DNA from: Vitrella brassicaformis CCMP3155
Lineage: Eukaryota; Protista; Chromerida
Assembly: GCA_001179505.1 (NCBI GenBank)
Contig: CDMY01000571.1
Coordinates: forward strand, 186,001-250,000
DNA length: 64,000 bases
Direction: 5' to 3'
The notes beneath the pieces are model-generated. The model was not told the DNA's origin, ran no database searches, and was given only the letters and a program-made list of their open reading frames with translations. Of this stretch, positions 38,870 through 50,259 are shown piece after piece. How positions within the stretch are numbered: the stretch's first letter is position 1; every line of letters starts with the position of its first letter. The translations under genes and the position numbers were made by a program.

Positions 38870-40644
38870 ATGGCCTCTGGCAGTGCGGAAGGCCAGCAGT
38901 CTGTTGACTGTCTGCGGCTCGAGGACATCGACATTAGACACAGGGATCATCATGGCACCGGCCATGCGACCCAACAGTCAATATATAGCCAACAGTTGAC
39001 TGAGGGCATCATTCGTCGGGCCTTCGCTGATCCACGGCAGGTGACGGACCTCGTAAGGAATGGCGCTGACCCGGACAGTGAGCCCCGGCTGCGACGGCGC
39101 GGCAGCGGCGCTAATGGGCGGGCGTATCGGCTGCTCTGTCTCGCCATTGACAATTGGAGTGACAACACCATGCCCATTCAGGCAGCAGATAGCACTGGTC
39201 GTTTATCGCCCGTCGTGTTGCCCATGTGGTCGTCGCCTGAGCTGGAGGCGGCCATCTTGAATGCCCTCATCGACGGAGGCGCCGACATGAACGAGCCGAC
39301 CTTTTGGGACAGCCAACCCATCAGGATGGCAATCCGTGGGGGCAATGAGAGCGCAATGAGGGTCTTGTTGGCGCGCGGCGCTGCGGTGCGCCCCCCTCGT
39401 GGCCTTCCCTTTCGCCTCGTCATGGAGCTGCCCAGGCCCATCCCCGACCGAGTCGGCCATCAAGTGCCCATGGCGTATGAGCAGCGGCTGTTGTCGGTAT
39501 ACCGACGCCTCATCCAGCACGACGCCACACTTGCAACCGAACAAGACGCGGGCGGCTACAACCTCATCCACAAGGCCGCCAGCGACGAGCTAGGCCGCTA
39601 TTCGCAGGCCTTCATCGATTCGTATCTGGACCTGCTGGTGGACAACGGGGCCAATGTGACGGCGGTGGATGCCGCTGATTGGACGCCTTTGGAATTGGCG
39701 GCAGATGCCGGTTCTCCCTGTGTGATCGACTACCTTGGCCGCCATGCACCTTCTTCGGACATCAACAGAGGGACACCCGGCGACCCCAATGAGACGCCAC
39801 TATACTTCGCTGCTGACCGCCTTGATGCATCGATTGCACTCTCGCAGGACCCTGTTGACATAGGGCAGCACCTCAGGGACCGAGCCACCAGCAAGATTCC
39901 CCTTTACGAAGCCAGCGTCCGCAGCTTGCTGCGAAGCGGGGCGGACGTCGGCCAGATGCCCACAGACACCGAGCTGGACCGCCGTCGTCGCGACCTGGTG
40001 CTGCCCCAGTGCACGGCAGTCCTCAACACCGACGTGCACACGGGGGCGATGGCGGCCTCAACCCCGCCCTTGCCCCTCAGCGGTCGCTAGCTGTCCTGCT
40101 GACCCACCTGCTGCCGCTCGTCGACCACAGCGACGGCGAGGACCCCGCCCCCTCCCCCCTCTCATGCGGCCCACACGAGGCAGAGGCCATCGGCTGGCGG
40201 ATCGCCGCCATGTGCTTCGACCAAGACGCCGCCAACGAGGCCATCGCTGCCAACATCGGCATCCGGCACAGCGACATGGCCCGCCGTGTGTGCGCGGCCG
40301 TCGAGCACTTCATCACGTCGGCGCTGTATGCGAGCAGCAACAGGGAGGTGGTGGGTGGGACGGCCAATGTGGGCGGCGTGACGGTGCGGGTGCCGCTGCA
40401 GTGCTTCGCCATCATGGCCGACAGCCGCCCACACCAGGTGGTCCACACACGGGGCCGTGTGGGTGTGCGTGAGGTGGTGCAGAGGGCCCGGCTGGACGAG
40501 GCGGCCCGACACGGCATAGAGGAGGGGGCCATCAACAAGGGCTTCAACGACCATTTGGGTAATGCCGACTGTCAGTTTGGTGGGTGGCAGCAGCTGGGCC
40601 GCATCGACGAGGGGGGGCAGTGGGTGACACTCGGCATCAACTGA
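38870..40644 (+). pseudogene. Ankyrin-repeat family copy 2 (ANK2), intronless, one 1-nt deletion near 40057
   Basis: Ankyrin motifs (QPIRMAIRGGNESAMRVLLARGA; DWTPLELAADAGSPCVIDYL); gcggcctca versus gcggccctca in copy 1 breaks the frame before the conserved C-terminal domain. Confidence 0.75.
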
Positions 40645-41092
40645 GACAGAGGGAGGGAGGGTTGGGCCGCTGAGTGTTGCCGTGTGCTGTTGGCAGCAGC
40701 CGAGGGGCCCGGGAGGGAGGCTCGGAGGGAGGGGTGCATCATCCCATGTGTGTGTGGCCTGCTTAATGTTGCCCGTGAGAACGCCCGTGAGAGGGAGAGG
40801 GGTGGACTGACCGATGATGTGTCACTGTGTGTGTCGACAATTGTGCCATGCATGTTGGGCTGACTGATGTATGGATCTGATGGAGAGTCACGTGCATTAA
40901 ATGACTGATCCATACAGACAGACACATAGAGTAAAGCTGAGACACGGACACAAATGAGAGTTCGCCTGTCGCGTGTCAAAGGGAAAGGTCATCGACGCAG
41001 AATTGTAGCAACGGTCTGTCACACGACCTTAAACCATCGCCCATCCCTCTCTTCCTCTCTTCCTCTCTCCCTCTGTCTCTGTGTGTGTGCAG

Positions 41093-41746
41093 ACGGCGTG
41101 GGATGACATCCACAAGCTGCGGCAGCGGGTGCGGCAGCTGGAGTCGTCACTCGTCGAGGAGCGCCAGCAGAACTCACTGATCACCAAACAAGTACGCCCA
41201 CCCTCTCTGCCAGAGAGAGCGAGAAACGCCTCCCTCTCCCTCCCTCTCCCTCTCCCTCTGTGTGTGTGTGTCAGATTGCCCATTTGAAGAACGAGCTGCG
41301 GGCCGCGGAGGCGACAAAGTCGGTGACGGAGCTGGGCAATCAGAAGGCGCCGATGGAGTACCTCAAAAACATCCTCAAGAGCTTCCTGGAGACCGATTTG
41401 CCCGGGTGGGTCAATCGCTGGGGCGTTGGGGCGATTAGTCGGGCGTCATGTCATGCGGCCTGTCTGTCTGTTTCTGCGTGTGTGGATCGTTCGATCGGTC
41501 ATTCTTTCAGGGGCGCCGAGCACGAGAGTCTGGTGCCCGTGCTGCTGACTCTGCTGCACTTCCCCCAGTACGACACACCTAACCAACACGCCGATCAACC
41601 GCCGTATCCACCTCTCTCTGTGTGTGTGTGTATGTGTGTGCAGGGAGGAGGCGCAGCAGATCACCGAGAAGCGGCAGAAGCTGAGGTCGCAGTCGTCGCT
41701 GCCCTTCACCATCCCGATGACGCTGGGCGGTGGTGGCAAGACTTGA
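41093..41746 (+). pseudogene. Orphan copy of the last four golgin exons (GRIP domain), frame and splice sites intact
   Basis: TAWDDIHKLRQRV...|IAHLKNEL...MEYLKNILKSFL...|AEHESLVPVLLTLLHFPQ|EEAQQI...GGGKT*; no upstream exon or start found. Confidence 0.7.
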
Positions 41747-42045
41747 GTCTTGTCTGTCTCCTGATGGCTGGAGGGATGGCTGGCGGAAGAATGGCTAATG
41801 AAGAATGGATAATTCGCAAGTTCCCAACATGCATGCCTTCGGGGCGTTTTGACCAATGAACGGATCTATGTGTCTGTGTGTGGTGGGCGGCTTATGGAGA
41901 TGTTTGTGTGAGAGTGTTCATTGTGTGGTCGGCCGATCACCGCTTCAACATGTATATGCCCTCGTCCGCTGCACCGCTGCACTGCCCCTCTCTCTCTCTC
42001 TCAGTGTGTGTGTAGGTGTGTGTGTATGATGCCAGGGTCACAGGG

Positions 42046-42996
42046 TCACAGACAGTAATTGCCCGTGTCGGTGTTGTGGATCTTGTGAAAGGTCCCGCAC
42101 CCCCATTGGAAGTAGCAGTGCCCATGGTGGAGCTTGCCATTCACGTCAAAGACGCACACGCGATCCTTCTTTGGGCAGCCACTCACCTTGTAGCTTTTTT
42201 TCTTGTCTTTCCACTCGATGCGGCACTCCTCCGCTTTCGGGTCGCAGAAGTAGCCGCCCTCGGCCATGTAGATCTGGTGTTCGTCCTGCTTGGAGGGCTC
42301 CTGGCTGCACTTGTACCCCTTGCCCTCGTAGAATTCCGGGCCGAGGCAGCGGCCTTGCCGCTGTGTATCCAGGACGCACACCCAGCTGTTTATCATGTGT
42401 GGGCATTTCTTCACCACGAGGTCGCCTTCTTCGTCTGTCTTGATGGAGCACTTATTCGGCAAGGGCCCCTCAACGGCGGAGAGGAAACCTGACAACACCA
42501 CGCACGTAGCAGCTGGGGCCTTCGCTTTGGCTCTTTTCAGCAACTTCCCGTCGCTGAGTCGCTCTCGCTCACCGGCCTCTGAGAGGAAGGCAGGCTCCGG
42601 CTGCTCCGCGGCTTCTTTGGCGATGGCATTGACACTGTGGAGGGCCGTCGTGGCCGTGGTGGCGGTTCCGGTCAGCTCATGGCCGGCGGCGACGGACAAC
42701 TCAGATGGCAGGTGAGACGGCAGCCCCCCTGCACGCACAACGGACCAGTGGCACCACACGAACTTCCACACAGCTGTCTTTGTGTCTATCGCGTACGCAC
42801 CTGGCTGGGCGCTGCCAGTGGCGTCCTTGTCAATGGCGTGGGCCGCCTCGCCGGCCGCGAGAGCGTGTGCCTGTCGGGCAACGCGGTTGGCAATGGCCTT
42901 GTTGCGATGGTTGAGGAGCTCGAGGCCTGTGGCGTTCACGGACAGCACGGGGAGCGCCAATGCGATACAGAGGGATACCGCAATGAACGACTGCAT
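42046..42996 (-). CDS. Secreted protein C: chimera of A-type exon 1 and B-type exon 2, with two tandem six-Cys domains (intron 42729-42800)
   Basis: Exon 1 is near-identical to 24555-24744; exon 2 pro-region is near-identical to gene B; two C...CP...VCV...GxC...C...GxxC units follow. Confidence 0.8.
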   Translation of the reverse strand: MQSFIAVSLCIALALPVLSVNATGLELLNHRNKAIANRVARQAHALAAGEAAHAIDKDATGSAQPGAYAIDTKTAVWKFVWCHWSVVRAGGLPSHLPSELSVAAGHELTGTATTATTALHSVNAIAKEAAEQPEPAFLSEAGERERLSDGKLLKRAKAKAPAATCVVLSGFLSAVEGPLPNKCSIKTDEEGDLVVKKCPHMINSWVCVLDTQRQGRCLGPEFYEGKGYKCSQEPSKQDEHQIYMAEGGYFCDPKAEECRIEWKDKKKSYKVSGCPKKDRVCVFDVNGKLHHGHCYFQWGCGTFHKIHNTDTGNYCL

Positions 42997-43300
42997 CCTG
43001 GGGGGATCAGCGCGAATGGATGGCAGAAACTGGATCACAAAATCAGGATTCGCTGACGCCGCTATCGGTGAGACGCCACGCCCCCTGTGGCCCCCAGGGT
43101 GCTGTTCATGCATTGTGCACTGAGGAAGCCATGTGAACTGAGCGTTTGCTGACTGACGGAGCGGATCGGATGGGGAATCAACGAAAAACCTTACACACGC
43201 GGCTAGACAGCTTCTCAGACAGGGGAAGGTCGAATGTAGTTGCGGCCAGGATCGGGAGGCGCCCGGGCGGTCAGTTTTCTCGTTTCAGCTTCGTTATGCG

Positions 43301-43488
43301 ACGGCGAGGACCCCGCCCCCTCCCCCCTCTCATGCGGCCCACACGAGGCAGAGGCCATCGGCTGGCGGATCGCCGCCATGTGCTTCGACCAAGACGCCGC
43401 CAGTGAGGCCATCGCTGCCAACATCGGCATCCGGCACAGCAACGTGGCCCGGCCCGCCGTGTGTTTGCGTCCGTCGAGCACTTCATCA
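43301..43488 (+). pseudogene. Internal fragment of the ANK-family C-terminal domain
   Basis: GEDPAPSPLSCGPHEAEAIGWRIAAMCFDQDAA... near-identical to 40134-40280. Confidence 0.85.
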
Positions 43489-43750
43489 GGAGTGAATGTA
43501 TTGTTTGTTAAACCCTCGCCCGCGGAATATCCGCCAACGACATTTCGGTGTTCCGTTTCCGTCAACATCTTGCCAAGAAGGGGGTAGCCAAGAACCAACC
43601 ATCAGGTTGGCTCGGTTTGGTCGCCGAAAGGTGTCCATCGTCGATATGTATCAACATGACGGGATGACACACGTGTCGCTCACACGCCACCGAAAAGGAC
43701 ACTGACGGATGGCCCATCGATTCATTCCTCTCGCCCCTCTCGCCCCTCAA

Positions 43751-44995
43751 TCATTCACCCTCATCGTCATCGTCATCGTCACCATAGCCCAGCAGCAACG
43801 CAGCCATCAGACCCTCACTGACCTCTTTGCCCCTCCCCACTGCCGCCGCGGCTGTGTCGCTGCCGTCGTCCCGATGGACCCTCTTGATGTCTCCTTCTGG
43901 CTGTTGCTCTGCCTCTGCCTCTCTCCCTGCGACAGTTGTGTCGGTGTGCTTGCGCTTTATCCGAATGAGCGGCTGCTGGTGAGAGAGGGGGAGGGGGGCC
44001 GCTGGTGGCGATGCTGACGCGGCTGATGCTGAGGGAGGCGGGGGCAAGAGATCGTCTTGCTTGCTGCACACACACACACACACTCAGGTGTGCAGAGGTC
44101 GGCGGTGGGGTGGGTGTGTCTGTGTACTTTGCTGCGATTTCTCTGAGCAGTGAGGCGCCCACGGGCTCACTCAGCTCAGCGTTGGCGCGCTCCCTGCACA
44201 CACACCGTCACACGAACACCACACACACATGAGTGGCTTGACTGCATGTGTGTGTTTCGTTGGCTTACATATGGAACGCCCTGGTGTCTTTGGCGCGCTG
44301 GTCCATCCTGCGCAGCCTCCGGTCGACCCCTTTAACACACAGACACGCACACACACACATGTGTGACGCAGACAGACAGACAGACAGCCTCACTGGGTAG
44401 GGTTCTTGGGGCAGTTGATCGGTCTGTGTCCCATTTGGCCGCACCACCGACACACAAACTGCACAGACAGACACATAAGACAACACAACACACCATAAGA
44501 CACATCTCTGTGTGACCCCCGATGGATGACTCTTCATTCCCCACCTTGGGGCATGCCCTCGCGAGGTGTCCTCTCCGGCCGCAGCGCTTGCAGAACAGAT
44601 TAGGGTCGGCGTGGCATTCGGCCTCCTTGTGGCCGCTCTTGCCGCACCGCCCACAGACATTGACGCGACACTCCTGCCGCCGGTGACCAGGCCTGCCGCA
44701 CTCTGTCGTCAACCAACGAGCCAATGACAGACAGACAGACAGACACAGTGAATGTGGTGTGGCGGATTGCAGTGGGCTGAGCTGTGTGGGTGTTGCGGCT
44801 TACTGTCACAGACGATGGTACGCCGGGACTCCTCGGTGTGGTGGCCAGTGCCACCTGCACACACACACACACACATCAAGGACAGACACACAGGCATTCA
44901 CACAAAAAGGACAACCAGAGGATGGTGCCCCACATGCATGCATCGTATCTCTCACCGAAATGGAAGCATCGCATCGCAGACGATTCCCGAAACAT
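43751..44995 (-). CDS. CCHC zinc-knuckle protein (CNBP/AIR-like), multi-exon; start uncertain
   Basis: CD|KCGRPGHRRQEC, CGRCGKSGHKEAEC, CKRCGRRGHLARAC; acidic tail ending LLLGYGDDDDDDEGE*. Confidence 0.75.
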
Positions 44996-45842
44996 TAGAT
45001 CACAAACTCAACACGATATACGGTCAGCCAGCCGAATGATTTGGGACAGACATTAGGGTACGCTCGTGTCTCTGTCTGTCTGTCTGCGGGGGCAAATGAA
45101 TATGCGTGCAGTTCGATGCAGTGCTGCATATCGTGTTTCCAGTGGTGTGCAGTGTACGTCAAGTCCAACGCATATGTCGAGTGCGTCATCAGCTACGTGT
45201 GTCATGCGTGGGTCTGTACATACACACACGGGCACAGGGGGCGGGGCGTATGTATTGTGTATGTTTGTGAAAACAACGTAAGTAACAGTCTCCCATCCAT
45301 ATATGATCCCTCCATCCAACAAGGCAACAAACACAACACTATGCAATTAGTAACGACCGCATCTCTCCCCCTCCCACTGGTCGGCCAATCTCAGTCAGTG
45401 TCAGTCAGTCAGAGTGCAATGAGTGTCCACTGCGACCGCGGCCTTCGATTGAAGCGGCGGCCAGCAAGTGGAAAACCCTGTCTGTAAGAGAGTGAGACTC
45501 GTTCAGACAAATATATGCACGCACTCACGTGTGTGTATATGCACATATGGAATGAAACCATGCAAGTGGGCGGAAGAAGTGCAGAACTGTCGGACGTACT
45601 GTCGGCGGCGGTCCCCCGGGCCCTCGACCCTGTGTGCCATGCCATGCGTGCATGAGGCCCCTCGATCCATCAACTCGACAACGCTGTGACAAACGGACAA
45701 ACGGACGGATGAAAACCATCCCGTTCCCCACCGCTGTCTGCCACACAACTGCCGAACATGAGCTCACAAAATCGCACATTCACACACACACGCATGCACG
45801 CACATACAAACGCGAAAAACTAGTCCCCAACCAGCCATGCCA

Positions 45843-48286
45843 TCATGCCGTCTTGCCGCGGACAGTTTCGGTTCCATCCTGCATCCTGACGTAGCTGACG
45901 TTGGTCGTCATGTGTGTGTGGTCCATTGCAGTACGGTACACGGCGGCCGGCGAGAACTGATCGTGTTCATGGTGGGAGGTCAGGAGGTGCTCGTTGAGGT
46001 GCTCCACGTCGATGGAATACTCCCTCGCCCTCGGGGGCCGGCCGCGAAGGGAGCTGGGTGAGGACGTGAAGGCCAGCGCGTCGGGCGATTTCGCGACTCT
46101 CGGTGAGGCGTGGATGGAGTCTGTGCGTGGCTTGACGTGGCTGAGGAAGTCGGCTTCATTCCTAGGAACCAGGAATACGAGGGGGGTGTAGAGGATCAGG
46201 GCGAATAAGTAGATCAGAGCGGTAATCATGAAGGTGAAACGACTGCATCCACAGCGTCGACAGAAGGCAATCCATGTCTTCTTTTCGTGTGTACGTCAGT
46301 CAGGGTGGCCTACTAGTCGTGGGAGTCAGCGAGCCGGCCACCGATGAAGGCACTGCCAGCCCATGTCATGTACGTCAGCGACTCTATGGCATTCCTGTAG
46401 ACACCCATCACACACCCATATATTGGGAAAAAAGACCATGCTCACATCCCCACCAAGTCACAATACATCTCGATGCTCACCACTTGCCCCGGTGCTATGA
46501 TGGCGTGTAGTCCATCAGAATGGACCGGTCTAGGGGGTTGCATGCATTGGTGAAGGCACCGCGCACCAGGAAGAGCACTATGAGGAAGGGGAGATGGTAA
46601 ACTCGTGACATGAGAAACAGACACAGGCAGCCCGCCAGTTGGTGGAGGAGGCTTGCGTGGGCCCGGCCCATCTTGGTGCTGAGCTTCTGCGCGAGCTGCA
46701 TCCACAGGCCGATACAGAGGGGGTAGACGGCCGTCAGAATGCACACGTGCATGGGCGTGAAGCTGCATAAAGACAGACAGACAGACAGAGAGGTAAGCAT
46801 GGAAGCGAACACATACAGCCTTTGTATACAGCAGCGGGCACTGAGTGACGCAGCGTCAACTCCTCCCCCTGGTGAGTGAGGCCGTCCCCTCACCTACCCG
46901 TAGTCGTTTTTGAAGAAGAGCGGAAAGTATTTCACTGTCATGCCGCCACCGACGGACGTGATGAAGTCGCAAACGGCGCTGCAGGCACAAATGAATCAGA
47001 CAAAGGAAACCCACACATGCACGGGCGAGCAAGCCGCATATCACTACTGCCCTCTGTCTTCCTCACCAGATGTAAGGGATGCACCGCTGTGCCGGCGTCG
47101 GGTGCTTGAGCAGCTCAGAATCGTCCACATCTTCCTGGTCGGCATCGCCCGCTCCTCCGGCTGCTGCAGCAGCAGCTACAGCAGCCGCTGCGCCTCCCTC
47201 TCCGTTAATCGTGATGGCCTGGCTTTCGTCGCTGCCTCCCCCATCACCCGCACTCCCAGCCCTCTGCTTGACACCCGTCGTATCACTCGCCGATGCAAAT
47301 GTGGAGCCGGTCGTGCCATTCATCGAAATGCTTGATGTCGCCTCTCGACTTCCATTTGCGGCTTCCGCGGCGCCCTTGACCCATGGCCGTGGGTGTCGGA
47401 AGAACCAGTTGAAGATGCCCCACAGCGGGGCGAAGACGATGGTGCCAATGACGAGGGGTATGTGGCAGATGGACAGCGACCACCGATCCCCAAATGCCAG
47501 GAAGAAAAACACCATCATCCCCGGGCCCGCCCCCAGCCACACAGTGGCGAGGATGCCCTTGTACGTGAAGAGCTTCGACCGCTCGCCGCGGTCCACACTG
47601 ACGACAACAAATTGACGAGGCTTCAACGACGAACGAGGGGAGGCAGGGGATGACATGTCGACTCACCTGTCGGCGAAGATGGCCTCCGTTGCGGACGAAA
47701 CCTCAGCGAAAACGCCCCACAGAAGCAGATTGAAGTAGATGAGGTAGATTGAGTCGGTCAGGAGTGCGTAAGCTCCACTGATGCTGGCCACAAGCAGTCC
47801 AACGCTGCTCACCTTGGTGAGCAACGTCCTGTCCAGCCTGTCCACCAGCAGCCCCCTGGCACCGCACACACTAGTGACGTCAGACCGCTGATGGACTCGC
47901 CGAAACCAACCGCTGACACACACACACGACACAAACGACACGTTTGTCTGCGTCGTCTTTGTATGCCCAGTGCTCTGTGTGTGTGTGTGTGTGTGTGTGC
48001 TTGCCTCGGTTGGCCTTGGCCTCGCCCCACATTCTGCTCGACAGCAGATAAAGGTAGGTATCTGATCGTCCGTCAATGCAGTGCAACACACGACAGAATT
48101 AAAGACGTCAGGTGCTCCGCTCATGCATCGTGAGATTTCGTGTCCTGACCGACCGAAGATGCCTCCTTGTGCTGTTGCATAGTAGAGGGTGCAGAAGGCG
48201 GACGAGGCAAACATCAGCCTGACATTGAGTCGTCTGTTCCTGGCGTACAGCTCCGCCCGGGAGAACGAAGCTGCCAGGGGAAGCAT
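45843..48286 (-). CDS. Major facilitator superfamily transporter, multi-exon
   Basis: Multiple hydrophobic helices; GGLLVDRLDR (MFS motif A-like); GGMTVKYFPLFF; KLSTKMGR; RGAFTNACNPLDRSILMDY. Confidence 0.85.
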
Positions 48287-48405
48287 GTCGAGAGAGAAGC
48301 AAGCAGTGTCAAACTCAAGACGCTGATATATATGGAGGAAACTCACAGCCTTAGCCTCAGTTCTGTCGCGAGCTCAGCAGCCGAGGTCGGATTCTCACGC
48401 GAGAA

Positions 48406-50259
48406 ATGCCCCTCCTGCTCATCCACCACGTCGGCATCTGCTTTCTCTGCATCATCTTCTATGTGATCTCCTCGCTGCTGCAGCTGCCGACATCCAGCCT
48501 TGCCGCATCACTACTGCTGGCAGCCAGACACAGACACCCACACAGACATGCACAGCGGAGGCAAAACGGTGAGCGACAATCAGCACACAACGGCATTCAT
48601 GATCCTTCTCGTCTCGTGTCGTGTGTGCAGGTGCGGGTGGTGTGCCTTCGGCAGCGCAGATCTATCGCTGGCTGGCGGGCAAGAAAGGAGCTCGCGGCAG
48701 GGACGAGTCGAACAAGCCGATGAGGGGCAAGGTGGTCATCGTCACCAATGGACACGCCGGACTGGGGTGAGTGGCTGGGTGGATGGCTGGATGGATTGGT
48801 GGATGGATGAGATCCATCCATCGTGTGGTTGGTTCGTCTGTCTGTCTGTCTGTGTGTTTATGTAGGTTTGACACGGCTGTTTCGTTGGCGCGTCAGGGAG
48901 CCCATGTGGTAGGTAGCCACATGTCCTTGATGGATGGATGGATAGAGATCGATGGATGTGTGGATGCTCTGACTCACTCACTCTTCCAGGTGCTCGGTTG
49001 TCCTTCGCATGAGGAGGGCCAGAGAGCTACGCGGCGAATAAAGAGGTCAGTGACCGAAGAGAACCGAACCAGTCCACCCACCAGCACCCACATGTGTTAT
49101 GCATGGATTGCAGCATCATCACGCGAGAAACGCCACCTCCGCCAAAAGAAGACCCCTCCCCCCCTCTGCCCTTCCTCCGCCCCCCGCGCCACCCACCCTG
49201 TCGGGCCGAGTACATCTACCTCGACCACGCCTCCCTCCCGTCAGCACGGGCCTTCGCAGGCGCCTTCAGGAGCCGGTTTCGGCGGCTGGATGCGCTGATA
49301 TGCGTCAACAAGCCGTTCAGGCACCGGGAGTGGTGCAACAGGGGGGAGGGGGGGTATGTGGAGCACCAGGTGGTGCCTTTCGCTCTCACCGGCCTGTTGT
49401 TCCCCTGCTTGAAACGGACCGGTTAGCAGTGGGCCACACACACAGAGAGGGAGGGAGGGAGGGAGAGGGGAGAGGGTGTGTATGTGTGTGTGTGTGTGTG
49501 TGTGTGTCAGGTCGGTCCTACGAGCCATCCCGCGTCGTGTGGACGACCACCAACGGGCAGATGTTCGCCACAGACAGACTGCAAGACCTGCTTGACGTCG
49601 CACACAGAGTCAGCCCCCCACCCACACCCACACAGCCACACGGAAACGCACTTAGAGGCACGACGTGTGTGTGTGTGTGTGGTTGCATGATGCAGTGCTC
49701 TCTATTGGGCCGTGCTGAGCATTTTGCCTCGGTCTTCAGCGCATTACTGAGCCCCGACAATGAGCTGGCCGCCGCAAATTCCTCCCCTTCCCCCTCGCCC
49801 CCACTGCATTCGTGGGAGGCCTTCACACGCGCCAAAGCGAGCAACGTCGCTTTCTCTGTCGAGTTCAACCACCGGCTCCGGAAGCTGCCCCTGCTGGTGC
49901 GGCTGCTCTCGCCCACGTCCACCCCCCTCCCCCCCAGAATGGTGGCCGTCACGTGCAACGCGGGCCTCGGCTGCCACCTGCTCCCCTCCCAGCTCACCAA
50001 GAGCGACAGGTTCCTGTCATCTCTGTTGGTGCCGTGTGTGAAGGCCGGGAAGCACGGCGTGGCGACGCTTGTGCGAGCGGTGACTCACGCGCATCCGGCG
50101 AGGGAGCTGGGCGACTACATGGGCCCCAGTGGGTGGATGGCTTTGCAGCTGACGGGGAGGGCTGGAAGGCTGGAGCCGGCCGGAGTGGTCAAGAGGGACA
50201 AGTGGCGGGGCAAGGTGTGGCGGATTTGTGAGCGGATTGGCAGGGTGCGGCTGCTGTGA
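48406..50259 (+). CDS. Degenerate RDH/WWOX-type SDR-like protein with hydrophobic N-terminus
   Basis: RGKVVIVTNGHAGLG|FDTAVSLARQGAHVV, YLDHASLPSARAFA, RLDALI, AFTRAKASNVAFSVEFNHRL, YMGPSG. Confidence 0.75.

Larger units (their letters stand above)
41060..43300. repeat. Inverted segmental duplication of about 29146-31175
   Basis: Reverse-complement matches: GRIP exons 41093-41746 with 31161-30481; UTR 41915-41990 with 30290-30350; pro-region 42470-42760 with 29410-29930; upstream 43150-43300 with 29146-29300. Confidence 0.9.

Noticed and set aside
43751-44995. Retrotransposon gag nucleocapsid
   Set aside because: The gene has spliceosomal introns and there is no protease, RT, integrase or LTR nearby; a cellular zinc-knuckle protein is more likely.
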